From: an uncultured Actinomycetes bacterium
GTDB taxonomy: Bacteria; Actinomycetota; JAICYB01
DNA length: 64,000 nt
Reading direction: 5' to 3'
NCBI GenBank assembly: GCA_963789445.1
Contig: CAWBKS010000001.1
Span: 1,947,846-2,011,845, forward strand
Made by a program: the position numbers and the translations under genes. The notes under the pieces are model-generated. The model searched no databases, was not told the origin of the DNA, and saw only the letters and a program-made list of their open reading frames with translations. Numbering within the stretch: position 1 is the first letter of the stretch; the number at the start of each line of letters is the position of its first letter. Positions 31,351 to 40,131 of this stretch are shown in pieces.

Positions 31351-32844
31351 CTACAGCGCCTCCGGCTCGTAAACGAGAGTGGGCTGACGGCGTCCTCGGA
31401 GCGAGAGCTCGTCGCACGCCAGCCAGCCGCCGGCAGCGTCGCCGGCCGAAATGATCGTCGTAGCGCTCACCAGCACGCGTCCCTCACGCCGCTTCGCCTC
31501 GTCCACCAACCTCGAAGCCTCGTTCGCGGCGTCGCCGATGACCGTGTACTCGCTGCGGTCCTCGGTTCCCACGTCCCCGGCAACGACTCGTCCAGACGAA
31601 ACACCGATCGCAGCGTCGAAGCCTGGATAGGTATTGCCGAGAGTCTCGATCTCGGCCCTTAGGGCTGTGGTCGCTCGCAACGCGCGCTCGGCGTGATCGG
31701 GCAACTCCACAGGGGCGCCGAACACGCAAAGCGCCCCGTCACCTTGGAACTGATTCACGAGCCCACCGTGGTCGCCAACGATCCGCACCACCTCTGCAAA
31801 CAACGAGTTGAGCATTGAGACAACGGCCTCGGGCGGCCGTTCGGCGGCAAGCGTTGTGGACCCAATGACGTCGACGAACATGACGCTCACATCGAGCTGC
31901 ACCCCGCCAAAAGTTGCAGCAGCCACCGCGCGCTGGGCTACCTCGTCGCCAACGTGACGGCTGAACAATTGCTGTAGCCGATCCCGTTCACGCAGACCCG
32001 TCACCATCCGGTTGAAACCGGACTGGAGTCGGCCCACCTCACCGGCATCGTCGACATCGACCGAGGTTTCGAAATCACCCTTCTCGACGCGCTGCAAGCC
32101 CCGACGAAGGCTTTCTAGCGGGCGGGCCACCGACCTCGCGCCGACAAGGGTCACGAGAGCACCGACGAGAAGGCCGAACACACAACCGCCGATCACCCAC
32201 GGGCCGACAAATTCGCGGGGAACAGCGCCGACGGTCAGAGCTATCGCAACGAGATAGGAACCCGAACCGACGAACCATGCCGACGTGAGTCGGGGCATGA
32301 CTCCGACGCCCGAAGACTTCGAGGTGCTCTTCCCCAGCACAACTGAGAAGAGGGGCCTCAATGCATCCTCCGCGACTAGATAGGTCAAAGCGCAGGCGAT
32401 ACCGGCCGATAACACAACGGTGACGCCCATTCGGATGTACTGAACGCCCAGGGATCTGAAGAAGATCAGTGCCGCCACGTACGTGGCGAAGAACGCCCAG
32501 GCCCAGGCCCACGCCGACATTACTGCAAGCGCTCGCGGGTGCGAGATGGTGGCCGATTGTTCTTCTAAGGTGGGTTCCCGGCCGGCCGCCAGCCACGAAG
32601 CGATTGGCGCAAACAAACGCCGCGCTCTTATTCGGGTCCAGACGAGCGCCGGCAGATAAACGATGACCGCGGGAAGGAAATCGAGCGATGAAGGCAGATC
32701 GAATCTCGCCCGTCTTGTGAAGTAGTCCGCCCCGAGGACTATGAAGATGTTGATGGGAATGACCCCGACCAGGTTGGCCAGCCAGATACGGATCCAGATC
32801 TTCTTTTCCAGACGCGCGGCGAAATCGCCCCCCATCCCATCCAT
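31351..32844 (-). CDS. Class III adenylate cyclase, 6-TM + HAMP
   Basis: HAMP (EVGRLQSGFNRMV), MFVDVIGST, FQGDG, YTVIGDAANEASRL. Confidence 0.85.
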   Translation of the reverse strand: MDGMGGDFAARLEKKIWIRIWLANLVGVIPINIFIVLGADYFTRRARFDLPSSLDFLPAVIVYLPALVWTRIRARRLFAPIASWLAAGREPTLEEQSATISHPRALAVMSAWAWAWAFFATYVAALIFFRSLGVQYIRMGVTVVLSAGIACALTYLVAEDALRPLFSVVLGKSTSKSSGVGVMPRLTSAWFVGSGSYLVAIALTVGAVPREFVGPWVIGGCVFGLLVGALVTLVGARSVARPLESLRRGLQRVEKGDFETSVDVDDAGEVGRLQSGFNRMVTGLRERDRLQQLFSRHVGDEVAQRAVAAATFGGVQLDVSVMFVDVIGSTTLAAERPPEAVVSMLNSLFAEVVRIVGDHGGLVNQFQGDGALCVFGAPVELPDHAERALRATTALRAEIETLGNTYPGFDAAIGVSSGRVVAGDVGTEDRSEYTVIGDAANEASRLVDEAKRREGRVLVSATTIISAGDAAGGWLACDELSLRGRRQPTLVYEPEAL

Positions 32845-32879
32845 GACGAAATCGTAGCCGCATCGCCTCAGACCTACCG

Positions 32880-32914
32880 GACCTGACACTTCATCAGGTC
32901 TGACATACTGTCCA
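32880..32914. promoter_or_regulatory. Two CTGAC-N5-GTCAG-like operators
   Basis: GACCTGACACTTCATCAGGTC and CTGACATACTGTCCA just upstream of the second steroid operon. Confidence 0.5.
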
Positions 32915-32920
32915 GCGCTC

Positions 32921-34045
32921 ATGCCCGATTTCGCGTTCAACGAGGAGCAGGACGCGCTGCGCGCGACCGTTCGTCGGTTCTGTGACGAACGGTCCGGGTC
33001 ATCCGAGGTCCGGCGGCTCATGGAAACGCCGGAAGGCTTCGACCCCGACGTTTGGAAGCAGCTCGCGAACGAACTCGGACTCACCGGGATCAACATCGCC
33101 GAGGAAGACGGCGGACAGGGCTTCACGTTCGTAGAACTCACGATCGTCCTCGAGGAGATGGGACGAGCGCTTCTCTGCGCGCCCTACTTCTCGAGCATCT
33201 GCCTGGCGGCGAACGCGATCGCGAACGCCGGCACGGACGACGAACGCCATAAGCTCCTCCCGCAGATCGCATCGGGAGATGTAAGGGCAGCGCTTCGCCT
33301 TCACCGAACCGAGCGGGGACTGGAGTGCCGAAGGCATCACCGTTCAAGCCGACGGCAACGTTCTGAGCGGAACCAAGACCTACGTGATCGACGGACACAC
33401 AGCCGACCTCATCGTCGTAACCGCACGGGAGCCGGGAACCTCGGGCGTCGACGGCATCTCTCTCTTCACGGTCACAGCCGAGACAAAAGGGCTCACACGA
33501 ACGCCGCTCGAGACACTGGACCTTACTCGCAAGCAGGCCGAACTCGTCTTCGATGGAGTCGAAGCAACTCCGCTCGGTGCGAAGGGCGAAGGGTGGCCAG
33601 CTTTGCGCAAGACGCTCAACCAGGCCGCCGTTTGTCTCGCAGCCGAGTGCTGTCGGCGGGTCGCGAGAAGACGATGGACATGGCCGTCCAGTACGCAAAG
33701 GACCGTTACCAGTTCGGCCGCCCCATCGGCTCGTTCCAGGCGATCAAGCACAAGTGCGCCGACATGTTGCTGCGCCTCGAGTCGGCGAAGTCGGCGGCGT
33801 ACTACGCAGCGTGGGCGGCCACAGAGGACAACGAGGAGTTGACGGTGGCCTCGAGCCTGGCCAAGGCGTTCTGCACCGAGTCGTACTTCGCGAACTCCCG
33901 CGAGAACATCCAGATCCACGGCGGCATCGGTTTCACCTACGAGCACGACTGCCACCTCTACTACCGCCGGGCGAAGTCGTCCGAGCTCTTCCTCGGAGAC
34001 CCGACGTATCACCGCGAACTGATCGCCGACCGGCTCGGTATCTAA
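32921..34045 (+). CDS. Acyl-CoA dehydrogenase (compensating frameshifts)
   Basis: DFAFNEEQ, LEEMGRAL, RYQFGRPIGSFQAIKH, IQIHGGIGFTYEH. Confidence 0.85.
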   Translation: MPDFAFNEEQDALRATVRRFCDERSGSSEVRRLMETPEGFDPDVWKQLANELGLTGINIAEEDGGQGFTFVELTIVLEEMGRALLCAPYFSSICLAANAIANAGTDDERHKLLPQIASGDVRAALRLHRTERGLECRRHHRSSRRQRSERNQDLRDRRTHSRPHRRNRTGAGNLGRRRHLSLHGHSRDKRAHTNAARDTGPYSQAGRTRLRWSRSNSARCEGRRVASFAQDAQPGRRLSRSRVLSAGREKTMDMAVQYAKDRYQFGRPIGSFQAIKHKCADMLLRLESAKSAAYYAAWAATEDNEELTVASSLAKAFCTESYFANSRENIQIHGGIGFTYEHDCHLYYRRAKSSELFLGDPTYHRELIADRLGI

Positions 34046-34052
34046 GCCCCAC

Positions 34053-34487
34053 ATGCCCGAACCGCTCGTCGCACAGCACGTCCTGGAGTTCGGCTACACG
34101 CGAAGCCTCGGCCCTACGCTCACGAAGTTCTTCACCGGGCTACGCGACAAGAAGATCTTCGGCGCCAAGACGGCCGCCGGGAAGGTGATCGTTCCGCCGA
34201 CGCCTCACGACCCGGAGACCGGCGAAGAGGTCGCCGAACTCGTCGAGGTCGGCACGGCCGGAGTAGTTACGACGTGGGCGTGGGTCGACAACCCACGACC
34301 GAACCATCCCATGGACAAGCCGTTCGCCTGGGCCCTCGTCCAACTCGACGGCGCCGATACGGCAATGCTTCACGCCGTCGACGCGGGCGATGAATCGAAG
34401 ATGTCGACCGGTATGCGCGTAAGCGTGCGATGGGCGGACGAAACCGTTGGCTACATCACCGACATCGAGTGCTTCGAGCCTGAATGA
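34053..34487 (+). CDS. DUF35 OB-fold protein (like the N-half of Rv3521)
   Basis: YTRSLGP, FAWALVQLDGADT, TGMRV, ITDIECF. Confidence 0.8.
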   Translation: MPEPLVAQHVLEFGYTRSLGPTLTKFFTGLRDKKIFGAKTAAGKVIVPPTPHDPETGEEVAELVEVGTAGVVTTWAWVDNPRPNHPMDKPFAWALVQLDGADTAMLHAVDAGDESKMSTGMRVSVRWADETVGYITDIECFEPE

Positions 34488-34975
34488 CAAACCAAGAAGA
34501 CAACACCAGCACCTCATCCGGGGAAGTTACGGGCATCGTCACGCCCTTGCGTTTGGAATACGACTACACGCCGGGAACCGCTGCGTCGCGCTACCTGCGT
34601 AAGGTCGCGGAGGGCGAGCTCGTCGGGCAGCGGTGTCCGAAGTGCAAGAAGGTCTACGTCCCACCGCGTGGTTCTTGTCCGACGTGCGGGGTTCCGACCG
34701 AAGAAGAGATAACGCTCGAGCAGACAGGGAACGATCACCGGCTTCTGCATCGTCAACATCCCCTTCATGGGACAGGCCGTCGAGGTTCCCTACGTAAACG
34801 CCACGATCAAGCTGGACGGCGCCGACATCGGCTTCTACCACCTGATCCAGGAAGTGCCCTACGACGAGATCCACATCGGCATGCGCGTCGAAGCCGGTGT
34901 GGAAGCCGACGCGAGGAGTGGGGTCCAACCACCGAGTCCATCGCATACTTCCGTCCGATAAAGGACGGCGAGTGA
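34484..34975 (+). CDS. Zn-ribbon DUF35 OB-fold protein (like the C-half of Rv3521; frameshifted)
   Basis: CPKCKKVYVPPRGSCPTC, LDGADI, IGMRV. Confidence 0.75.
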   Translation: MTNQEDNTSTSSGEVTGIVTPLRLEYDYTPGTAASRYLRKVAEGELVGQRCPKCKKVYVPPRGSCPTCGVPTEEEITLEQTGNDHRLLHRQHPLHGTGRRGSLRKRHDQAGRRRHRLLPPDPGSALRRDPHRHARRSRCGSRREEWGPTTESIAYFRPIKDGE

Positions 34976-36037
34976 TGCGGGACGTTGCCATCGTCGCTTT
35001 CGCGCAGGCACCGAGCGTCCGCAAGGAGCCGGAGCGCAACGAGGTCGAGATCCTCATGCCCGTCGTGAAGGAGGTGTTCGACGCCGTTGGGCTGACCAAG
35101 GACGACATCGGCTTCACTTGCTCCGGCACATCCGATTTCTTGGCCGGGCAGCCCTTCTCGTTCGTGTCGGCTCTCGACGCGGTGGGCGCTTGGCCCCCGA
35201 TCGTCGAGTCGCACGTCGAGATGGACGGCGCGTGGGCTCTTTACGAAGCGTGGGTCCGGCTGCAGCACGGCGACGTCGACACCGCGCTCGTGTACGCGGT
35301 GGGCAAGTCGTCGATGGGAGATCTGCTGGACGTCCTGTGCCTGCAGCTCGACCCCTACGTTCTGACGCCGCTTTGGCCGGATTCGATAAGCCTCGCCGCG
35401 CTGCAGGCTCGCGCATATCTCGAGAAGACGGGCAAGAGCGAACGCGATCTCGCCGATGTGGCCGCGCGGAGTCGTGCGAACGCCAAGAGCAATCCGTCCG
35501 CACAGGTCTCGGGTGACTTCGACGCTGCCGCGCTACTGGACGAGCCGTACATCGCATCGCCACTTCGCAAGCACGACTGTCCGCCGATCTCCGACGGAGC
35601 AGTCGGCTGTGGTACTCGCCGTCGGAGACTCGCGCGAAAGAGTGTGCGCGGGCGTCCGGCTTGGATCCGCGGTATCGACCACCGCATCGAGGCATCACTC
35701 GCTCGGCGCGCGCGATCTGACGACACTCCGCATCCACGAAACTCGCCGGCGAACGAAGGCCGGCGTCAACGAAAAACCGGTCGACTTGGCCGAGCTTCAC
35801 GCGCCGTTCACTCACCAGGAGCTGATCCTTCGTTCCGCGCTCGGGCTGGGCGACGACGTCACGATCAACCCATCCGGAGGCGCACTGTCGGCGAATCCCG
35901 TGATGGTCGCCGGACTCACCGAATCGGCGAGGCCGCACAACGTGTCATCTCCGGCGACGTCAAAGCGCGCAGTCGCGCATGCAACGTCCGGTCCGTGTCT
36001 TCAGCAGAACCTCGTGTGCGTGCTGGAGGGTGACTGA
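34975..36037 (+). CDS. ltp4: Ltp4-like thiolase-fold aldolase subunit (frameshifted)
   Basis: MRDVAIVAFAQ, GAWPPIVESHVEMDGAWALYEA, AHATSGPCLQQNLVCVL. Confidence 0.75.
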
Positions 36038-37191
36038 TGGCCAATCCCTGCGCCGTCATCGGCATCGGCCAGACGAAGCACGACACGAAGCGTGAGGACT
36101 GCTCGCAGATCGACCTCGTGCGAGAAGCCGCGAACGCGCACTCCGGGACGCCGACCTCACGTGGAAGGACATCGACGCCGTCGTCATCGGCAAAGCTCCC
36201 GACACCTTCGAGGGCGTGATGATGCCCGAGACTCTTCCTCGCCGACGCGCTCGGCGCCGTCGGCAAACCGATGATGCGCGTTCACACGGCGGGCAGCGTC
36301 GGTGGATCCACCGCGCTTGTCGCGGCGAGTCTCATACAAGCCGGCGTGCACGATCGCGTGCTGACCGTCGCCTACGAGAAGCAGTCCGAGTCCGACGCCA
36401 TGTGGGCCTTGTCGATGCGCATACCTTTCTCACCGCCGCTGGTCGCCGGTGCCGGCGGCTACTTCGCCCCGCACATCCGCGAGTACATCAGGCGATCGAA
36501 CGCGCCCGACGACATCGGGATCAAGGTTGCGGTGAAGGATCGCCTCAACGGCGTGAAGAATCCGTACGCACATCTGCACCTACCGGACATCACTTACGAA
36601 GAGGTCCGCGACTCGCTGATGCTGTGGGCCCCCATCCGGTATCTCGAAACGTGCCCATCTTCGGACGGAGCTTGCGCGCTGGTGCTGGCAAGTGAGTCGG
36701 CGGCCAAGGCACCGACGCCTCCGGCGTGGGTACACGGCACGGCCATGCGCTCGGAACCAACGATGTTCGCGGGACGCGACGAGGTGAACCCCGTCGCCGG
36801 ACAGGAATGCGCCCGCGACGTGTACAAGCAAGCCGGCATCACGGACCCGCGCAAGGAGATCGACGCGGCGGAGATCTACGTGCCCTTCAGCTGGTTCGAG
36901 GCGATGTGGATGGAGAACCTACACTTCGCCCCGGAGGGTGAAGGCTGGAAGATGACCGACACCGGCGCAACCGCCATGGACGGCGACATGCCGATCAATC
37001 CATCCGGCGGAGTGATGTGCTCGAACCCCATCGGAGCTTCGGGGATGCTTCGATTCGCGGAGGCGGCCATGCAGGTGCGCGGACAAGGCGGCGAGCATCA
37101 GATCGACGGTGCTCGGATCGCGATGGGCCACGCGTACGGTGGCGGATCGCAGTACTACGCGATGTGGATCGTGGGAGCCGAGAAGCCCTAA
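36037..37191 (+). CDS. ltp3: Ltp3-like thiolase-fold aldolase subunit (frameshifted)
   Basis: RVHTAGSVGGST, EKQSES, CPSSDGA, YVPFSWFE, GHAYGGGSQ. Confidence 0.75.
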
Positions 37192-38009
37192 CCTGCGTGC
37201 ACTACCGAGGTCGCGCCTCGGCGCACGAGCGCAACAACAGCGAAGAACGCCGCACAGGCAAGGACGATCGTTCCACCGGGAGCCAGAGCCCAGACGCGAG
37301 CGGCCGTCAGTCCAACTACGACTGATCCAATCCCGATCACAACCGACCATCGCATCGTGCCCCTGAAAGATTTGGACAGTAGCTGCGCCGATGCGACCGG
37401 AAGCACCATCAGTGCGGCGACCAGCAGCAGACCGACGATGCGCATAGCGGCCACGATCGTGACTGCCGTTAGGGCGGCGAGCATCAAGTTGAGCGCTCCG
37501 GCGGGCACCCCAGCCACGCCTGCCCATTCTTCGTCCATGACCAACCCGAACAAGGCACGACGTGTGAATGCGATCGTCGACAGAACAACTGCACCGAGGA
37601 CGGCGATCGTTGCCAATTCGCCGCGATCGACGAAGAGGACGGATCCAAACAGATAAGAAAAAACACCGGCGTTGAACGAGTCGGCGAGTCCTAAAAGAAC
37701 GACCCCCCCGGCTATCCCCGAATAGAAGAACAGCGCCAGCGCCACGTCCCCCGTCGCCTGAGCCCGAGCGCGCAATCGCTCCATCGCTATCGAAGCGATC
37801 ACGGCGAGCACGAGCGCCGTCCAAACCGGCTCGGTGCGTAGCAACAGGCCGGCCGCCACGCCGGCGAACGCGACGTGGCCGATGCCGTCACCCATGAGCG
37901 ACATGCGCCGCTGCACGAGGAAGGTTCCTATCAACGGCGCCGAAGCTCCAACGATCACACCAGCGGCCAGCGCCAGCTGCATGTATTCGCGGTCGAAGGG
38001 CCACGGCAT
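37188..38009 (-). CDS. znuB: Zn ABC transporter permease
   Basis: RRMSLMGDGIGH, YLFGS, VGLLLVAAL; hydrophobic. Confidence 0.85.
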   Translation of the reverse strand: MPWPFDREYMQLALAAGVIVGASAPLIGTFLVQRRMSLMGDGIGHVAFAGVAAGLLLRTEPVWTALVLAVIASIAMERLRARAQATGDVALALFFYSGIAGGVVLLGLADSFNAGVFSYLFGSVLFVDRGELATIAVLGAVVLSTIAFTRRALFGLVMDEEWAGVAGVPAGALNLMLAALTAVTIVAAMRIVGLLLVAALMVLPVASAQLLSKSFRGTMRWSVVIGIGSVVVGLTAARVWALAPGGTIVLACAAFFAVVALVRRGATSVVHAG

Positions 38010-38011
38010 CG

Positions 38012-38773
38012 CTATCTGAGCTCCTCGAGCCAAGCCGGGAGGTCCTCGGCGTGCACACCCAGGCTCACGCCGGACTCGATCAGCTGTTGCGGGGTTCCGT
38101 CGAAGCGGATGCGATTGCGCAACACGATCACGCGATCCAGATCGGAGGCCACCGACCCAAGCTCATGCGAAACGAGCAGGACCGTCCCATCATGCGCACG
38201 TACGTGATGGACGAGCGCGTCGCGGAAGCGGGTCTGAGCTTCGGTGTCCACTCCGGCGATCGGTTCGTCGAGAACGAGTAGCTCCGGCTCGCTGGCCAAC
38301 GCGCGGGCGATGAACGCCCTCTGCTGCTGCCCGCCGGACAGCTCACTCACACGCCGATCACGCATCGACTCGAGTTCGACGATCTCCAACGCGTGCGTGA
38401 TGGCGCCCCGATCCTTGTTGCCCAAACGCCTCCACCAACGGCCTCTCGCCAGACGACCCGTCGTTACGACTTCTTCGACGGTCGCCGGGAGACTGGCGGC
38501 CAGTTGAGGCCTCTGTGGGACATAGCCGAGTCGCCATCTTTCCTCGAACCGATCCGGACCGTTACCGAATAACGTCGTGCTGCCGGCGGTCGGCCGGAGC
38601 AACCCGAGCAACACCCTTATAAGTGTCGACTTGCCCGAGCCGTTGGGGCCCACCAAGGCGACGAACTCCTTGCGCTCGACCCCCAGAGAGACGTCTTCGA
38701 GCACGAATTCGCCGTTGTAAGCGAACGAAACGCCGTCGGCGCTGAGCACAGATGCCGGCGCGATCACTTGCAC
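38012..38773 (-). CDS. znuC: Zn ABC transporter ATP-binding protein
   Basis: GPNGSGKS, LSGGQQQR, LVLDEP, VSH. Confidence 0.85.
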   Translation of the reverse strand: MQVIAPASVLSADGVSFAYNGEFVLEDVSLGVERKEFVALVGPNGSGKSTLIRVLLGLLRPTAGSTTLFGNGPDRFEERWRLGYVPQRPQLAASLPATVEEVVTTGRLARGRWWRRLGNKDRGAITHALEIVELESMRDRRVSELSGGQQQRAFIARALASEPELLVLDEPIAGVDTEAQTRFRDALVHHVRAHDGTVLLVSHELGSVASDLDRVIVLRNRIRFDGTPQQLIESGVSLGVHAEDLPAWLEELR

Positions 38774-39654
38774 CCCAGACCTGCGCGCAGTGCCTCGAGG
38801 TTCTCGCGCATAACGCTGGCGTAGTCCTCACCGTTCCCGATCTGATCAGGTGTGAGGCCTTCGATCGGATTCAACGTTGCGACTTGGGCTCCCGTTTCAC
38901 GGGCCAGGGTCCGTGCCACCTCTTCGGACACAAGGACTTCCGCAAAGATCGTTGTCACGCCATGCTCCTTGACGAGATCGCTCAGCTCTGACAGATGCTC
39001 GGGATCGGGCTCCGCTTCGGGCGAAATCCCCGCGATCGACTCCTGTTGCAAGCCGTACCGCGTCGCCAAGTAAGCGAACGCGCCGTGGCTTGTGACGAGC
39101 AAATGACGGTCACAAAAGCCGAGTCCTTCCTCGAATTCCTCATCGAGCTCTTCGATCCGGTCGGCGTACTCTCGGGCGCCGTCCCTGTAGCCGTCAGCGT
39201 TGTCGTCGTCGGCCTCGGCCAGAGCAACGGCGATCCGCTCGACAGCGGCGGCCCACCGCGGAGGATCGAGCCAGATGTGGGGATCGACAGCATGCTCCTG
39301 CGCAGCCGCTTCCCGCAGGTCTTCGCCTTCGAGCAAGTCCAGCGCTACGCCCTTGGCCTGGTCCACCGCCTCTTCGAGCGCCGGCTGGAATCCACGACCG
39401 AGGTAAAGGACAACATCGGCGTCGATGATGTCATCCAGCTGATCGGTCGTTAGCTCGATGTCATGCGGCTCGGCTCCCGGCGGCGTCAGATTCTTTACCT
39501 CGACGCGATCGCCACCGATCTGCTTTGCCGCCTCGGCCAGAGGATAGAAAGCGGCAATTACCGAAAGATCCCCCGAAGCGCTCTTGGGCCCGCCTTGGGA
39601 GCAGCCGACAACGACGAGCGCGAGGACGATCCCCCCGAGAAGCAGCCGCCGCAT
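38764..39654 (-). CDS. znuA: Zn ABC transporter substrate-binding lipoprotein
   Basis: Lipobox VVGC, EPHD, DPHIWLDP, HGAFAY. Confidence 0.85.
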   Translation of the reverse strand: MRRLLLGGIVLALVVVGCSQGGPKSASGDLSVIAAFYPLAEAAKQIGGDRVEVKNLTPPGAEPHDIELTTDQLDDIIDADVVLYLGRGFQPALEEAVDQAKGVALDLLEGEDLREAAAQEHAVDPHIWLDPPRWAAAVERIAVALAEADDDNADGYRDGAREYADRIEELDEEFEEGLGFCDRHLLVTSHGAFAYLATRYGLQQESIAGISPEAEPDPEHLSELSDLVKEHGVTTIFAEVLVSEEVARTLARETGAQVATLNPIEGLTPDQIGNGEDYASVMRENLEALRAGLGCK

Positions 39655-39668
39655 CTCCGTCTTTCGTT

Positions 39669-39689
39669 GAATGAGAATGATTATCGATA
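39669..39689. promoter_or_regulatory. Zur box
   Basis: GAATGAGAATGATTATCGATA, AT-rich palindrome between divergent znuA and zur. Confidence 0.7.
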
Positions 39690-39702
39690 TACAATAGCAG
39701 CC

Positions 39703-40131
39703 ATGGCACCCAGATCCGCCAACCGCCAGGAAGTCCGGGAGATGCTGGAACGCGCCGGCCTACGTCCGACTCGCCAGCGCGTCGCGGTTATCGACGCCTT
39801 GAGAGCACGCCCCGAAGCGGTGACGGCGCAGGATCTCCATCACGAGTTGCGGCGGTCGTCCGGTGCACCAGGACTTGCAACGATCTATCGGACTCTCACC
39901 GCCCTAAGCACATCAGGCGATCTGGACACCTTCCCGAAGGAAGGCGAGCAAGCCTTCCGGCTGTGCGGCCCCGACCACCACCACCATCTCGTGTGTCGTT
40001 CGTGCGGGTCTATCGAAGAGGTGGGTGCCGAGGCGGTTGAGTCATGGGTGAAGCGCGTTGCACGGCAGCGACGCTTCAAGGTGCTCGGCCACACGGTTGA
40101 CGTCTACGGACTCTGCGCCGCCTGCGGCTAA
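39703..40131 (+). CDS. zur: Zinc uptake regulator (Fur family)
   Basis: TRQR, GLATIYRTL, HHHHLVCRSCG, GLCAAC; divergent from znuACB. Confidence 0.85.
   Translation: MAPRSANRQEVREMLERAGLRPTRQRVAVIDALRARPEAVTAQDLHHELRRSSGAPGLATIYRTLTALSTSGDLDTFPKEGEQAFRLCGPDHHHHLVCRSCGSIEEVGAEAVESWVKRVARQRRFKVLGHTVDVYGLCAACG

Noticed and set aside
31351-33141. N-terminal extensions of ORF-track calls (cyclase, P450, nfo, SRPBCC, ketopantoate reductase)
   Set aside because: Extensions overlap neighbouring genes; better starts with promoters or RBS lie downstream
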